DNA from: Methanobacteriota archaeon
GTDB lineage: Archaea > Thermoplasmatota > E2 > DHVEG-1
Reading direction: 5' to 3'
Assembly (NCBI GenBank): GCA_903877165.1
Contig: CAIRCU010000006.1
Coordinates: 2,580-66,579, forward strand
DNA length: 64,000 nt
The position numbers and the translations under genes are program-made. Shown in pieces: positions 35,028 to 44,419 of the stretch (positions within the stretch are counted from its first letter, which is position 1; each line of letters starts with the position of its first letter). The notes below the pieces were generated by a model. It searched no databases. It was not told the origin of the DNA and was given only the letters and a program-made list of their open reading frames with translations.

Positions 35028-36224
35028 TCACTTGCCGTTAACCTTTTCCTTGAGATCCTGAAGAATGTTCATGTAGTTTATGAATCCATCGTACGGGACT
35101 TCATAGGGGCTGAAGTACGCATGCACGGTGCCGTCCTCGAAGCCTTTGGTGGAAAGGTAGTAGAGGTGGTCCGAGGTCTGTAGCAGCCGCCAGACGTTGA
35201 GCAGCTCCTTGTCCTTAGGCCTCTGTTTCTTGATCATACGTCCGATGTCTTTGAGTTCGTTGAAGCAGGCGATCTGCATGTTGTTGCCCAGCCAAGTGGA
35301 GACGTTGCGGTCCTCGTCAGCCCAGGAGATCGCCCAGGGGACGTCGATGTCGCCGACCGCCTGGTACTTCTCGACGGCTTCGCTGACGGTCGCAAACTCG
35401 AGGTTGTCGTACTTGAGGACCTCGTTGGGGAGGTGTTTGAGGAATTCGAAGATGCCGGTATCCTCCCACTGGTGCTCGCCGAAGGTCTCGTAATCCATGA
35501 ACAGGTTGATGACGTCGCCGAAGGAGTTGGACATCCAGCGTGCGTACTTGTCCGCGGTGAGCGGATAGCCGCTCCAGTTCTTCGCGCCGAACCGGAAGCC
35601 GACGTCGTCGCTGAGCTTGTAGTTGCGCATCAGGACCTTGATGTTGGAGTACTGGGATTTGTACACGAAGTTAGGGGACCGCCACCCCAGGATCCGCTCC
35701 GAGCCTTCGGTGAGGATGCCCTCGTAGCCCATGTCCGCGACCTTCCCCGCGATCCTGTTGTCGTAGATCGTCTCAGTGTTGCGGAAGGATTTCGGCGAGT
35801 AGTTGAAGATTTTCTTGATCGTCTGCCGATGCTGTTTCACCTGCGCTTCGAACTCATCGAGGTCGTCGAAGAGGCTGGAGAGCGAGTGGTAGTAGGTCTC
35901 ATCTAGGAGGTCGACGGCCCCGGTCTTCACTAGGTCCTTGAAGCTGTCCAGCAGCTCCGGCAGGAACATCTGACAGTATTCGATGAAGGTGCCCGTGAGG
36001 CTGTACGAGATGCGGAACTTGCCGTCGGTCTTGCGGATGAGATCCAGTAAAAGCTTATTCGTCGGAAGGTAGCATTTCCTCGCGACTTTCTCAAAGATCT
36101 TCTGGTTGAGCTCGTGGTTGAAGTAGGTCGCGTACGGATCCTCGGTATGCCCGATGTTGAACACCGAGAACCGGCTCAGCCTCATGGGTTGGTGGACTTC
36201 GAAGTAGAACACGACGGATGGCAT
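35028..36224 (-). CDS. glycoside hydrolase family 57 protein (alpha-amylase/glucanotransferase-type)
   Basis: FYFEVHQP is the GH57 region I. MDYETFGEH carries the catalytic Glu, and a downstream Asp region is present. Confidence 0.8.
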   Translation of the reverse strand: MPSVVFYFEVHQPMRLSRFSVFNIGHTEDPYATYFNHELNQKIFEKVARKCYLPTNKLLLDLIRKTDGKFRISYSLTGTFIEYCQMFLPELLDSFKDLVKTGAVDLLDETYYHSLSSLFDDLDEFEAQVKQHRQTIKKIFNYSPKSFRNTETIYDNRIAGKVADMGYEGILTEGSERILGWRSPNFVYKSQYSNIKVLMRNYKLSDDVGFRFGAKNWSGYPLTADKYARWMSNSFGDVINLFMDYETFGEHQWEDTGIFEFLKHLPNEVLKYDNLEFATVSEAVEKYQAVGDIDVPWAISWADEDRNVSTWLGNNMQIACFNELKDIGRMIKKQRPKDKELLNVWRLLQTSDHLYYLSTKGFEDGTVHAYFSPYEVPYDGFINYMNILQDLKEKVNGK

Positions 36225-37342
36225 TACGCAAGACCCCTGTAGACCCGGAGCGTCTGATCCGCTACCCGGTCCCAGGTAAATAATTGTACTTCTCTTTTTG
36301 AACTTTGCCTCATCGTGCTATGTAGGGAGTCATACCGCAGCAGGGCGATGATTTTGTTCGCCATCTCGTCGGTATCCCAAAAATCAACCTTAAAACAGTT
36401 CTTCAGTACCTCGGAGACGCCTGCGCTGCGGGACACGATGGTCGGGGTCCCCGCCGAGATCGCCTCAAGGGCCGTAATCCCAAAAGGTTCGCTGACCGAG
36501 GGCATCACGTAGATGCTGGAGATCTTATAGATGTGCTGGACTTCCTCATCGGACAGTTTGCCGGTGAAGACCACCTTGTTGGAGATGCCCATGTCCACGG
36601 CCTGGTTGATGAGTTTGGGCATCATGTCGCCCACGCCCGCGATGACGAACTTCGCGTCCTCGTACTCCAGGACCTTCTTCGCTGCCTTTAAAAAGAACTC
36701 TGGTCCCTTCTGGATCGTCAGGCGACCTAAGAACAGAACGAGCGGTTTCTTCTCCCCTTCTTCCTCCGTGGGGTACACCGCGTTGTGGATGACCGTGATT
36801 TTCTCAGCTGGAATCCCGTATTTCTCCACGACGATCTTCTTGGTGTAGTTGCTGACCGCGATGATCCGGTCCGCCTTCTGCATGCCTTCGCGTTCCAAGT
36901 CGATGAACCACTGGTTCGGGTACAGCATACCGGCACGGTCGTACTCGGTCGAGTGAACCGTCAGGACCAGAGGGATGTGCAGCTTCTCCTTGATTTGAAC
37001 ACCGGCCTTCATCGTCAGCCAGTCGTGGACGTGCACCACGTCGTAGTTGCCTTTGACGCGGGCAGCGAGCAGGTTGTTGTACCGGTACACGAGGTCGAAG
37101 AACTTGCCGCCCAGGGCTTTGTCATCCGGACGGTCATATGGAAAGATGGCATCACCGGGCTCGCCGACCTCGATGATCTTGATGTTCTTGTTATCACTCT
37201 TCACTTTTTGCCGCAGCTTCGGCATGTAAAAGTCAATATGGACGTTTTTTTCGGCGAGGCCATGGGTCAACCCATAGCAATGGGTACCTAAACCACCAAC
37301 TTTAAAGGGCGGGTATTCCCAGCCGAGCATTGCAACTTTCAT
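36224..37342 (-). CDS. glycosyltransferase, GT4/GT5 glycogen-synthase-like (paralog of 33770-35011)
   Basis: MKVAMLGWEYPPFKVGGLG and EPFGITALEAISAGTPTIVS are present. Confidence 0.7.
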   Translation of the reverse strand: MKVAMLGWEYPPFKVGGLGTHCYGLTHGLAEKNVHIDFYMPKLRQKVKSDNKNIKIIEVGEPGDAIFPYDRPDDKALGGKFFDLVYRYNNLLAARVKGNYDVVHVHDWLTMKAGVQIKEKLHIPLVLTVHSTEYDRAGMLYPNQWFIDLEREGMQKADRIIAVSNYTKKIVVEKYGIPAEKITVIHNAVYPTEEEGEKKPLVLFLGRLTIQKGPEFFLKAAKKVLEYEDAKFVIAGVGDMMPKLINQAVDMGISNKVVFTGKLSDEEVQHIYKISSIYVMPSVSEPFGITALEAISAGTPTIVSRSAGVSEVLKNCFKVDFWDTDEMANKIIALLRYDSLHSTMRQSSKREVQLFTWDRVADQTLRVYRGLA

Positions 37343-37944
37343 TTGAACTTTTCCTCACCAGAGTGCATGGTGGATGTGAAAGTATTCTCGGAGAAAAATC
37401 CCCGAGGTTTCCTCTGCTTCACCACTGCATTTTCTGTTTTTAAGCTTGATGCGAGCGTAGAACAACATCTTCTATTTATAACTTCCTTTTTTTCACAACT
37501 CTCCTTTTCTTTCGTCTGAGAAGCTTTCCTCCATTCGATTCTAGTTTCCACTACGAACATCGTAGCTGAAGTTGATAACACTTTTAGGCATATAATTCTA
37601 TCTAAAAAACGAAGCAAAAAAGTAACGAATGAGATTCATTTTTGATGTCGCTGTCACCCAACACGCACAAAAGCAAGTGAGCGTTGGGTGCGGTGACATA
37701 CCCTGCCCCAGTGTTGCAGCAGGAGGAGCAGGGTACTGCGCATATCGCGACACGCTGTTGGATGCCGTGGTTGTCCTGTCCTTCATCTCTTGACCTTTCG
37801 TCGGTTCGATCGCACAGGGACCCTAAGCGGCATCGCCTGTCCCCTTGATTTTGCCCCTCCACTCATGTTGTCATGGAGGTCTTCGTAACCAAGGGGTAAG
37901 GAAACAATTCCAGCCTTTGTTCATTAATCTTTCGCTATGCCTTT

Positions 37945-38757
37945 TTAGCGGTAGGTGTTCATCATGTCCCGAAGCCCGGCCGCCTTGTTTCTCGCGGCCG
38001 AAGCGAAATCCTCGCCTGAGGAGGCGAACAGGATCTCGCGGGAAGAATTCACCAGGGCCATCTCCCCTTGGCTGTTAGTACCATACCTGATTGTCTTCTC
38101 GACGTCACCGCCTTGCTTTCCGACGCCAGGGATGAGAATCGGGACGTGATTTCCAAGAATCTTTCGCACGAGCCGCAGCTCCTCAGGGTACGTCGCTCCG
38201 ACGACCGCGCCACAGTTCAGATTGGTATTCCATTCGCTGATCTTCCTGGCGACGACTTGATACAGCGGCGTCGAGCCGATCTGCAGGTCTTGAAGCTCCC
38301 CGGCAGACGGGTTCGACGTCCGGCACAGAATGAAGCTGCATTTCTCCTTGTACTCAAGGAACGGGGCGATCCCGTCCTTGCCGAGGTACGCGTTCACGGT
38401 CACGGCATCCGCCTTATACATGTCAAAGAGCGCCTGCGCGTACTTCTTCGCCGTGTTCCCGATATCATTGCGCTTTCCATCCAGGATGATGAAGACGTCG
38501 TGTGGGATTGCCGCGATGGTCTGCTCAAGCACAAGGCTTCCTTCCGCCCCGAGGACTTCATAGAACGCCAGGTTGAGCTTGTAGGCGCAGACGAGGTCTT
38601 TGGTCGCCTCGATCACCGCCTTGTTGAACACCAGCACCGGATGCTTCTTGGCCTTCAGAAACCCGGGAATCTTCTCCGCGTCGGTATCCAAGCCCACGCA
38701 CAGGAGGCTGTTGTTGTGCTGGACGCTTCCGGATAACTTCTCATCCCACTTCATCAC
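37945..38757 (-). CDS. pyrF: orotidine 5'-phosphate decarboxylase
   Basis: LCVGLDTD and IILDGKRNDIGNT carry the Asp-x-Lys-x-x-Asp catalytic motif. It is a type-2 OMPDC of about 270 aa. Confidence 0.85.
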   Translation of the reverse strand: MMKWDEKLSGSVQHNNSLLCVGLDTDAEKIPGFLKAKKHPVLVFNKAVIEATKDLVCAYKLNLAFYEVLGAEGSLVLEQTIAAIPHDVFIILDGKRNDIGNTAKKYAQALFDMYKADAVTVNAYLGKDGIAPFLEYKEKCSFILCRTSNPSAGELQDLQIGSTPLYQVVARKISEWNTNLNCGAVVGATYPEELRLVRKILGNHVPILIPGVGKQGGDVEKTIRYGTNSQGEMALVNSSREILFASSGEDFASAARNKAAGLRDMMNTYR

Positions 38758-38850
38758 TCAAACCCCGCCAGCGTCAACGCGCTCCTCCTATAAAAAAACT
38801 GTTCCCCCAGGGTTAGCTATATAACAAAACACGGGTTATTCCCCTCCAGA

Positions 38851-39924
38851 ATGAAGATCATCTACGGCGTCTGCTCCTGGGGGCTTGGCCATGCGACGCG
38901 CTCCCTTCCCGTGATCCGCGCGCTGCTCAAAGAAGACCACCAGCTCACCGTCATCTCCCATGACCGTGCACTCACATTACTTCAATCCGAGCTCGGCGAC
39001 CAAGCCTGCTACGAGGACATCCAAGACTACCCCATGCTTCTCAGCGAGAATTCCAGGCAATTCCTCGCGAAATCCGCCGTGTACTGGCCGGTCTTCATCC
39101 ACCGCATCGAACAAGGACTCGCCAGCCTGCAGACCATCCTCAACAAACAACAGTACGACTGCATCATCTCCGACGGACGCTACGACATGTACAGCAAACA
39201 CATCCCCTCCCTCTTCATCAGCCATCAGATGCGCATCATGAACCCCCTCAGAATCAAGATGCTGGAACGCGGCAGCGAACGCTTCAACCTCTTCTTCTTC
39301 AACCGCTTCAGCGACATCATCGTCCCCGACACCAAAACCGACAGCCTCTCCGGCGACCTCTCCCACAACCTCAAACTCATCGACGAAGACGAGATCCACT
39401 ACGTCGGCCCGCTCTCCGACTTCCGCCGCAAAACACTCCCCAAGACCATCGACTACCTCATCTCCCTCTCCGGACCAGAGCCGCAGCGCAGCATGCTGGA
39501 AGCCAGACTCATGGCCCAGCTCGCACCACTCTCCGGAAACATCGTAGTCACCTTAGGGAAAACAGAGACCGCCACCAAGACCAAAACCCGGAACATCACT
39601 ACCTACAGCTCCGTCTCCCGGACTACACGAGAAAACCTGCTCAACAAAGCAAAACTCGTCATCGCCCGCTCCGGCTACACCACCATCATGGACCTCGCCG
39701 TCGTCGGCACCAAAGCACTCCTCATCCCCACCCCCGGCCAAATCGAGCAGGAATACCTCGCCACGTACCACCAGAGCCTCGGACAGTTCGCCACCGCAAC
39801 CCAACATGCCGTCGACCTCACCACAGACATCGGCCGCATCAAGGCCACCACCGGCATCACCAAAACGCACTCCGTGAACAAGACCGTGGAGCGCATTCTC
39901 GACATCGTGACGCAGCGTACGTGA
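38851..39924 (+). CDS. glycosyltransferase, GT1/GT28 (MurG/UDP-glycosyltransferase-like)
   Basis: The N-terminus GVCSWGLGHATRSLPV is a Gly-rich GT-B acceptor-domain motif. The C-terminal half is a GT28_C-like Rossmann domain (ARSGYTTIMDLAVVGTKALLIP). Confidence 0.6.
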   Translation: MKIIYGVCSWGLGHATRSLPVIRALLKEDHQLTVISHDRALTLLQSELGDQACYEDIQDYPMLLSENSRQFLAKSAVYWPVFIHRIEQGLASLQTILNKQQYDCIISDGRYDMYSKHIPSLFISHQMRIMNPLRIKMLERGSERFNLFFFNRFSDIIVPDTKTDSLSGDLSHNLKLIDEDEIHYVGPLSDFRRKTLPKTIDYLISLSGPEPQRSMLEARLMAQLAPLSGNIVVTLGKTETATKTKTRNITTYSSVSRTTRENLLNKAKLVIARSGYTTIMDLAVVGTKALLIPTPGQIEQEYLATYHQSLGQFATATQHAVDLTTDIGRIKATTGITKTHSVNKTVERILDIVTQRT

Positions 39925-39978
39925 CCCATTACCGGAATTGGTATAAACGGCGAGGTTCATACGGCGAACCGAGAGAGA

Positions 39979-41787
39979 GTGACAAGGATTTTTACCCCTA
40001 CCACTATTTTGAAAAAATGGTATTTTTGGCTCATTCTCGTAACATTCTTCGCCATCATTCTGCGGTCGATCCCCGCCTGGACCAATGCGGCCTGGGGCAG
40101 CGACTTCGGCATCTACTACGGCCTCACCAAGGCGTTCGTCAGCACCGGCAACCTCATCAACACGTACAACGGCTGGGGCGGCTCCTACCAGTACTTCCCC
40201 ATCCTTTACACCGTGACCGGCGTCGCTCACTGGCTCACCGGCCTTGACATCCTCGTCGTCATGCCGAAAATCGCCCCGATCTTCGGCGGACTCACGGTCG
40301 CAATCCTCTACTTCATCGTCTACGAGCTCCTCAAACGACGCGACATTGCCTTACTCTCCGCCGCCTTCCTCGCAGTTGCGCCATTCCACGTGTACCAGAC
40401 CAGCCATGCTGCGCCCCTTACCATGGGACATTTCTTCATGCTTCTCTCCCTCTACCTGTTCATTAAATACCTCAAGGACAGCCGTTATCTCCTCCCGCTC
40501 ATCCTCTCCACGATTCTGCTGATTATGTCCCATCACCTCACCACCTACTTCTACCTCATCTCCCTGTTCGGGATTGTCGTCTTCCAAAGCATCAGCACGC
40601 CCCTTCGTGAATTGAAACGTCAGATCCTCTACGTCTTAGTCTGTTCTCTCATGGCCTTCGTCTACTGGTTCACGGTCGCTATTCCCGTCTTCAATGATTA
40701 CATGGGGAAGACCAAGTTGTTCTCCCCGTTGATGCTCGTGGCCCTGTTCTATCTACTGTTCTTCGGATTGTTATTCTTCATTTCGCATGGAAAGGCTCAT
40801 GGATGGTTCTCCCGCTTTGCCATACCGCGGCTCGGTCTGGCGGAAGGACCAGTGAACAGAAAACGAGCCGCTATTTTCCTCATTGTCACGGTCTGTAGCC
40901 TTCTCGGCGCGGCCTTGTTTTTTTTCTTCATCCCGTTCCCGGTCTCTATCGTCAAAATGAATACGACGACCCTCCTCTACTCTCTCCCGATCATCGCGTT
41001 CACCGGCGTCTGCGCTCTAGGACTTGAATGCCTGCGGGAGCTGCAGAACCGGCGGATCATCCAAGGCTGGTTCTTCGCTATTTTCGCCTCATTCACGTTC
41101 GCCTTTTTCACCGGAGACACGACCTTGTTTCCGGACCGCCACATCGAATACCTCATGGTCCCCATGTGCATCATCTCCGCATACGGCCTGTACCGATTCC
41201 TCGAAGGGAAACTTCATGTCCCCTCACTTCCCGCGCTGTCGCTGCAGCACATCCCAACCCGTCAGTGGCTCATCGTCTGCATCGCCAGCTTTATCATTTG
41301 CTCCAACGGCATGGCGGTGTACCCTGTGAAGAACTCCGTAGGCGGTATCGACGAAACCATCTCCCAACCCTCACTAGCAGCCATCCAATGGGTGACTCAG
41401 AATCTTGACAGAAATCAGACTCTTGTCGCGACCGACCTGCGGCTCTCGAAGATTGCCTGGGCTGACGGCTTCAATACCACCTTTGAGGCCACGAACGAAA
41501 CCTGGACCAGCGACAACTGGTCAGGATGTCTTAGCGACCTCGAAGGCAATGAGACCCGAGGCAGAATTACCACGATTGTCATCGACGACGTGATGAAAAA
41601 CAGCGTCGTCAACCTCGCCTTATTCCGCAACGAGTACATGACCAACGCATCATACCAGAAATTCGCGGCAGAGCCCTTCCACCTCCTCTACCGAAACGAC
41701 ACCAGGACTTCGGAAGGCGAGATCGTCCACTGGGTCGAAGTGTACGCGGTGAACTGGACGTACATCGAACACTATAAGACCCGCTAG
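39979..41787 (+). CDS. GT-C superfamily membrane glycosyltransferase (PMT/ArnT-like); not AglB
   Basis: It has about 11 N-terminal TM helices with an early acidic loop (AWGSDFGIYYG) and a C-terminal soluble domain of about 200 aa. No WWDYG motif is present. Confidence 0.45.
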   Translation: MTRIFTPTTILKKWYFWLILVTFFAIILRSIPAWTNAAWGSDFGIYYGLTKAFVSTGNLINTYNGWGGSYQYFPILYTVTGVAHWLTGLDILVVMPKIAPIFGGLTVAILYFIVYELLKRRDIALLSAAFLAVAPFHVYQTSHAAPLTMGHFFMLLSLYLFIKYLKDSRYLLPLILSTILLIMSHHLTTYFYLISLFGIVVFQSISTPLRELKRQILYVLVCSLMAFVYWFTVAIPVFNDYMGKTKLFSPLMLVALFYLLFFGLLFFISHGKAHGWFSRFAIPRLGLAEGPVNRKRAAIFLIVTVCSLLGAALFFFFIPFPVSIVKMNTTTLLYSLPIIAFTGVCALGLECLRELQNRRIIQGWFFAIFASFTFAFFTGDTTLFPDRHIEYLMVPMCIISAYGLYRFLEGKLHVPSLPALSLQHIPTRQWLIVCIASFIICSNGMAVYPVKNSVGGIDETISQPSLAAIQWVTQNLDRNQTLVATDLRLSKIAWADGFNTTFEATNETWTSDNWSGCLSDLEGNETRGRITTIVIDDVMKNSVVNLALFRNEYMTNASYQKFAAEPFHLLYRNDTRTSEGEIVHWVEVYAVNWTYIEHYKTR

Positions 41788-41814
41788 CGGCTTACCCGTT
41801 GTAGGGATGCAAAA

Positions 41815-42924
41815 ATGCGAGTCGCGGAAATCACCACCTACAAGGAGGGAGGGGTGTATACCCATGTTGCAAAGCTCGCATCCCGACTCCCAGACCAGAC
41901 GCTTCTGATTACCGGGAATTCAAAGAAATCAGGGTACGAAGAAGGCGATGGCCTGCGGTTCTTCCATGTTCCCTGCCTGTTCTCTCTGCAGGAAATCTAT
42001 TTCATCAACCCTCCGGGGTCGGTTCGAAAAGTCCGTCAGGTACTAAGGGAGAACGATATCCAGCTTCTACATCTCCACGGGCCGCTGTTTTCCTTCGGCG
42101 GCGCCCTGTATCGGAAATCCTCGGTGCCTGTGGTTGTCACCACCCATTACGTGCTTGATTTCAAAGGAAACCGATTCGCCGCGGCTCTCTACACGGGAGT
42201 CATCCGCTGGATGACTCGGCGCATGGCCCGGTATGCGCAACGCGTCATTTGTGTCAACAAGGACTATGCGAAAGTGTACGCCTCATGGGGTATTGATCCT
42301 AAAAAGATCGTCTACATCCCGAACGGGATCGATACCGAGACGTTCTCGCCGGGTCCTTCGGATATAAAACAATCGCTTGATTGTCAGCAGCTCATCGTCT
42401 ACTGGGGTCGTCTCGGATATCAAAAAAATGTCTCCACTCTCATCCAGGCCTTCAAGAATGTCACCATCCCCGGCGTGAAATTAGCAGTCATCGGGAAAGG
42501 GCCGGATCTGCCGAAACTCCAGGCACTCGCTGGCACCGACGGCCGCATCGTCTTCCCTGGGTATCTCACTGAAAATGAGCTGCTCCGTTACGCTCGGGGT
42601 GCAGACCTCGCCGTGCTTCCCTCCAGAGGGGAGAGTTGGGGGCTGGTGATCGGTGAGGCGATGGGCTGCGGCCTGCCCGTGATTTCCAGCGATGTCGGCA
42701 TGGCACGGGAGCTGCTCGGAGACGACCGCGGGGTTGTGTTGAACGGTGAGGCTGTTGATGAACTCACCCAGAAAATAGAGTATCTCCTGCGTCATCCTGC
42801 TGAGTCACAGGCCATGGGCGCGCGAGCCAGGGCATTCGTCGTGGATCGATACAGTTGGACTCAAGTTGCCACGCAGGTCCGCATGCTCTACGAGGCTTGT
42901 GTTAGTGAAAGAGGTACGGGCTGA
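41815..42924 (+). CDS. glycosyltransferase family 4
   Basis: The C-terminal GT4 signature is PSRGESWGLVIGEAMGCGLPVISSDVG. Confidence 0.75.
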   Translation: MRVAEITTYKEGGVYTHVAKLASRLPDQTLLITGNSKKSGYEEGDGLRFFHVPCLFSLQEIYFINPPGSVRKVRQVLRENDIQLLHLHGPLFSFGGALYRKSSVPVVVTTHYVLDFKGNRFAAALYTGVIRWMTRRMARYAQRVICVNKDYAKVYASWGIDPKKIVYIPNGIDTETFSPGPSDIKQSLDCQQLIVYWGRLGYQKNVSTLIQAFKNVTIPGVKLAVIGKGPDLPKLQALAGTDGRIVFPGYLTENELLRYARGADLAVLPSRGESWGLVIGEAMGCGLPVISSDVGMARELLGDDRGVVLNGEAVDELTQKIEYLLRHPAESQAMGARARAFVVDRYSWTQVATQVRMLYEACVSERGTG

Positions 42925-43891
42925 GGGACGAGGCGATTGAGCGCGGCGACGCGAACACGTCCGTGGCGAAATATTGGTACCACCCGCAGTTGCGGTCGCA
43001 GGCCTGCATGGCCTTTCTCGCCGCCTGGGCTTGTGGGGTTTGGAGGAACTCCATAAAGCTGCCTTCCGTGAAGTTGTAGAGGTGTTCACCAATGGTGCGA
43101 CAGGGGTAGAACAGGCCGCCGTCTGAGTCGATGATCACTGACGATGTCGAGCACCCATGGCTGGTGTTGATGTTGTCGAGGAAGCCTTTCGGCGTGGTGA
43201 TCGTCTGCGGGTACAGTTTCTTGAGCCGGAGGATTTCGGTGCGGAACGCCGCGGGTTCCGGATAGTAATCGTCGGTGCCATCCAGGTGGCAGGCGGGCAT
43301 GATCACAGTGCGGGCGTGGGCATCATGGATGCGTTTGACTTTCTTTTCGAGGGCCGGGAGTGTTTCTTTGGTCACGACGATCTGGATGCAGATTTCTGGG
43401 CCGTACGACTGGAATTCTTCGAGGCGGTCGAAGAACTCAAGGTTCCCATGGCCTTCGTCGATGCTGATGTGCAGGTAGTCGATGTATCGGGCGTACTCCG
43501 TCATCGGTCGCTTGTCGAGGAGGTGGCCGTTCGTGGTGAAGAAGAGGTAGAAGGGTTTCGTGGAGGCGTATTTGAGGATCTCGCCGAGGTCCTTTCTGAC
43601 GAGCGGGTCGCCGCCCTCAAGGCTGAGGACGATGATGCTGGAGGCGGCGAGGTTATCCAGTACTTTGTAGACGCCGTCGGTGGGCAGGTCCGGGGTCTTC
43701 TCTTTCCAGACGTTGCAGAAGGCGCACTGCAGGCTGCAGTGATGGGTGACTTTGAAGGAGGCGTAGAAGGGATAGACGGCCTCGTGAGCCAGGGAGTTCG
43801 TCAGGGCGTACCGTACTGTCGAGAGGTACTTGGAGGGTGGCAGGGTTTTCATCGTCTGAACATTCCGTAACAGACGATGCGTCATAAGCAT
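42902..43891 (-). CDS. radical SAM protein with partial SPASM/twitch-like C-terminal Cys residues
   Basis: CSLQCAFCNVW is a CxxxCxxC motif, and GGDP is a SAM-binding glycine motif. The C-terminal Cys residues are ...C...C and CDRNC. Confidence 0.7.
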   Translation of the reverse strand: MLMTHRLLRNVQTMKTLPPSKYLSTVRYALTNSLAHEAVYPFYASFKVTHHCSLQCAFCNVWKEKTPDLPTDGVYKVLDNLAASSIIVLSLEGGDPLVRKDLGEILKYASTKPFYLFFTTNGHLLDKRPMTEYARYIDYLHISIDEGHGNLEFFDRLEEFQSYGPEICIQIVVTKETLPALEKKVKRIHDAHARTVIMPACHLDGTDDYYPEPAAFRTEILRLKKLYPQTITTPKGFLDNINTSHGCSTSSVIIDSDGGLFYPCRTIGEHLYNFTEGSFMEFLQTPQAQAARKAMQACDRNCGWYQYFATDVFASPRSIASSLSPYLFH

Positions 43892-43964
43892 TGTTGTTTG
43901 GTCGGTTTTTTAAGGAGGGGGGAGCGTCACCTTTTAATAGGGGATACGGCATTCAGCACTTCCT

Positions 43965-44132
43965 ATGCCAAAGAAAGCGGAGAAGTGCAACTCGTGCGGT
44001 AAGGGGTTGCTCGAACAGGGATCGACTACGTTCCCCTGTCCCAGCTGCGCCACCGCCATCGGACGTTGCTGCAACTGCCGTGAGCAAAGCATCGATTACA
44101 TCTGTCCGCAGTGCGGGTTTCGAGGACCCTGA
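43965..44132 (+). CDS. Zn-ribbon protein (COG2888-like), conserved upstream partner of aEF-1beta
   Basis: Manual translation gives MPKKAEKCNSCGKGLLEQGSTTFPCPSCATAIGRCCNCREQSIDYICPQCGFRGP, with four CxxC pairs. It sits immediately upstream of EF-1beta. Confidence 0.6.
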   Translation: MPKKAEKCNSCGKGLLEQGSTTFPCPSCATAIGRCCNCREQSIDYICPQCGFRGP

Positions 44133-44146
44133 CGGGGATTTTTACT

Positions 44147-44419
44147 ATGGGCGAAGTCATCGCGTTAATCCGAATGATGCCTGACGGCGTGCTCAGTGAC
44201 CAGGAGATGGACGTCATCGCTGGGGAAGTCCGGAAGGTTATCCAGAAGCCGATTCGCCTTGGGCGCGTTGAAGTCAAGGAAATCGCGTTCGGTCTTAAGG
44301 GTCTTGATGTGACCATCGTGGTCCCGGACTCCGAAGGCGGCCTGGATCCGATTGTCGAGAAACTAGGGAAGATTAAAAAAGTCGACAACGTGGAAGTCGT
44401 CGACGTCGGCAGAATCTAA
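44147..44419 (+). CDS. translation elongation factor aEF-1 beta
   Basis: MGEVIALIRMMPDG...EIAFGLKGLDVTIVVPDSEGG...VDVGRI matches aEF-1beta, which is about 90 aa. I chose the start at the internal Met. The ORF-track start is 44111. Confidence 0.8.
   Translation: MGEVIALIRMMPDGVLSDQEMDVIAGEVRKVIQKPIRLGRVEVKEIAFGLKGLDVTIVVPDSEGGLDPIVEKLGKIKKVDNVEVVDVGRI

Noticed and set aside
37620-37760. Tried to read the hairpin region as SRP (7S) RNA helix 8 or RNase P RNA
   Set aside because: The AGCAGGAGGAGCAGG segment only loosely resembles the SRP domain-IV loop. No GGAA/GNRA tetraloop context or Alu-domain motifs were found. I kept it as an unclassified structured element in findings.
39553-40230. 225-aa minus-strand ORF across the GT28/GT-C junction
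   Set aside because: It is a Gly/Ala/Asp-rich antisense shadow.
39979-41787. Possibility that the GT-C membrane protein is the oligosaccharyltransferase AglB
   Set aside because: No WWDYG motif or DK/MI motifs are present. It fits PMT/ArnT-like GT-C enzymes better.
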